64,000 nt of DNA from NCBI RefSeq assembly GCF_006345805.1, contig NC_043011.1, positions 6,324,001-6,388,000 of the forward strand, written 5' to 3'. The position numbers and the translations under genes are program-made. The notes beneath the pieces were generated by a model, which was not told the DNA's origin, did no database searches, and was given only the letters and a program-made list of their open reading frames with translations. Shown one piece after another: positions 61,401 to 64,000 of this stretch. Each line of letters starts with the position of its first letter. Position 1 is the first letter of the stretch. This DNA comes from Octopus sinensis (taxonomy: Eukaryota).

Positions 61401-64000
61401 GTCGTCGTCCTCTGCTGTCTCTGTCATTATCCTCCCCCATCTCGGTCATCGTCCTCCGCTCCGCTGTCTCGGTCGTTATCCTCCCCCATCTCGGTTGTTG
61501 TCCTCCGCTGTCTCGGTCGTTATCCTCCCCCATCTCGGTTGTTGTCCTCCGCTGTCTCGGTCGTTATCCTCCCCCATCTCGGTGTTGTCCTCCGCTGTCT
61601 CGGTCGTTATCCTCCCCATCTCGGTCGTCGTCCTCTGCTGTCTCGGTCGTTATCCTCCCCCATCTCGTTGTTGTCCTCGCTGTCTCTGTCGTTATCCTCC
61701 CCCATCTCGGTCGTCGTCCTCCGCTGTCTCGGTCGTTATCCTCCCCCATCTCGGTCGTCGTCCTCTGCTGTCTCGTTGTTATCCTCCCCCATCTCGGTCG
61801 TCGTCCTCCGCTGTCTTGGTCGTTATCCTCCCCCATCTCGGTTGTTGTCCTCTGCTGTGTCGGTCGTTATCCTCCCCCATCTCGGTCGTCGTCCTCCACT
61901 GTCTCGGTCGTTATCCTCCCCCATCTCGGTCGTCGTCCTCTGCTGTCTCGGTCGTCGTCCTCCGCTGTCTTGGTCGTTATCCTCCCCCATCTCGGTCGTC
62001 GTCCTCTGCTGTCTCGGTCGTTATCCTCCCCCATCTCGGTTGTCGTCCTCCGCTGTCTCGGTCGTTATCCTCCCCCATCTCGGTCGTCGTCCTCTGCTGT
62101 CTCGGTCGTTATCCTCCCCCATCTCGGTCGTCGTCCTCTGCTGTCTCGGTCGTTATCCTCCCCCATCTCGGTTGTCGTCCTCCGCTGTCTCAGTCGTTAT
62201 CCTCCCCCATGTCGGTTGTTGTCCTCTGCTGCCTCGGTCGTTATCCTCCCCCATCTCGGTCGTTGTCCTCCGCTGTCTCGGTCGTTATCCTCCCCCATCT
62301 CGGTCGTCGTCCTCCGCTGTCTCGGTCGTTATCCTCCCCCATCTCGGTTGTTGTCCTCCGCTGTCTCGGTCGTTATCCTCCCCCATCTCGGTTGTCGTCC
62401 TCCGCTGTCTCGTCGTTATCCTCCACCATCTCGGTCGTTATCCTCCCCCATCTCGGTCGTCGTCCTCTGCTGTCTCGGTCGTTATCCTCCCCCATCTCGG
62501 TTGTTGTCCTCCGCTGTCTCTGTCATTATCCTCCCCCATCTCGGTCATCATCCTCCGCTGTCTCGGTCGTTATCCTCCCCCATCTCGGTTGTTGTCCTCC
62601 GCTGTCTCGGTCGCTATCCTCCCCCATCTCGGTCGTCGTCCTCCGCTGTCTCAGTCGTTATCCTCTCCCATCTCGGTTGTCGTCCTCCGCTGTCTCGGTC
62701 GTTATCCTCCCCCATCTCGGTCGTTGTCCTCCGCTGTCTCTGTCATTATCCTCCCCCATCTCGGTCATCATCCTCCGCTGTCTCGGTCGTTATCCTCCCC
62801 CATCTCGGTTGTTGTCCTCCGCTGTCTCGGTCGTTATCCTCCCCCATCTCGGTTGTTGTCCTCCGCTGTCTCGGTCGTTATCCTCCCCCATCTCGGTCGT
62901 CGTCCTCCGCTGTCTCGGTCGTTATCCTCCCCCATCTCGGTCGTCGTCCTCTGCTGTCTCGGTCGTTATCCTCCCCCATCTCGGTTGTTGTCCTCCGCTG
63001 TCTCGGTCGTTATCCTCCCCCATCTCGGTCGTCGATCTCTGCTGTCTCGGTCGTTATCCTCCCCCATCTCGGTCGTTGTCCTCCGCTGTCTCGGTCGTTA
63101 TCCTCCCCCATCTCGGTCGTCGTCCTCCGCTGTCTCGGTCGTTATCCTCCCCCATCTCGGTCGTCGTCCTCTGCTGTCTCGGTTGTTATCCTCCCCCATC
63201 TCGGTCGTCGTCCTCTGCTGTCTTGGTCGTTATCCTCCCCCATCTCGGTTGTTGTCCTCTGCTGTGTCGGTCGTATCCTCCCCCATCTCGTCGTCGTCCT
63301 CCACTGTCTCGGTCGTTATCCTCCCCCATCTCGGTCGTCGTCCTCTGCTGTCTCGGTCGTCGTCCTCGCTGTCTTGGTCGTTATCCTCCCCCATCTCGGT
63401 CGTCGTCCTCTGCTGTCTCGGTCGTTATCCTCCCCCATTTCGGTCGTCGTCCTCCGCTGTCTTGGTCGTTATCCTCCCCCATCTCGGTTGTCGTCCTCCG
63501 CTGTCTCGGTCGTTATCCTCCCCCATCTCGGTCGTCGTCCTCTGCTGTCTCGGTCGTTATCCTCCCCCATCTCGGTTGTCGTCCTCCGCTGTCTCAGTCG
63601 TTATCCTCCCCCATGTCGGTTGTTGTCCTCTGCTGCCTCGGTCGTTATCCTCCCCCATCTCGGTCGTTGTCCTCCGCTGTCTCGGTCGTTATCCTCCCCC
63701 ATCTCGGTTGTTGTCCTCCGCTGTCTCGGTCGTTATCCTCCCCCATCTCGGTTGTTGTCCTCCGCTGTCTCGGTCGTTATCCTCCCCCATCTCGGTCGTC
63801 GTCCTCCGCTGTCTCGGTCGTTATCCTCCCCCATCTCGGTCGTCGTCCTCTGCTGTCTCGGTCGTTATCCTCCCCCATCTCGGTTGTTGTCCTCCGCTGT
63901 CTCTGTCATTATCCTCCCCCATCTCGGTCATCATCCTCCGCTGTCTCGGTCGTTATCCTCCCCCATCTCGGTTGTTGTCCTCCGCTGTCTCGGTCGTTAT
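55440..64000. repeat. 44-bp satellite (two related 22-mers), running off the window end
   Basis: ctcggtcgtcgtcctccgctgt + ctcggtcgttatcctcccccat. Confidence 0.98.

Noticed and set aside
55340-61836. Many short GEDNDRD/RWGRITT ORFs
   Set aside because: The 44-bp period cycles through frames and hits a stop; satellite artefact

Overview
AT-rich, repeat-saturated eukaryotic (metazoan) DNA. From memory the SINE and MITE families resemble those of octopus genomes, but that assignment is an inference I could not check. No host gene can be identified with confidence; there are one or two candidate exons on the minus strand. Nearly all ORFs in the supplied track are translations of microsatellites or SINEs. 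The window holds many tRNA-derived SINE copies of at least three families, plus decayed non-LTR retrotransposon pieces (RTE x3, Tx1/L1, CR1-like, and a CRE-type element with a restriction-like endonuclease). It also holds a piggyBac deletion derivative with several TTAA-flanked MITEs, a small Helitron nested in one MITE, a foldback element with modular inverted repeats, a 1.9-kb pure pyrimidine tract, and the first 8.5 kb of a CpG-rich 44-bp satellite with kilobase-scale higher-order structure. The most interesting signal is a set of seven short, ORF-less loci carrying type I hammerhead ribozyme (HHR) motifs, most next to (TA)n tracts. These include a 474-bp tandem unit with an intact HHR (retrozyme-like, with an inverted arm), a tRNA-headed element with a minimal HHR, and two different elements that both carry the compensatory U3-A8 core variant. 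All structures were read by eye; no folding or database search was run.
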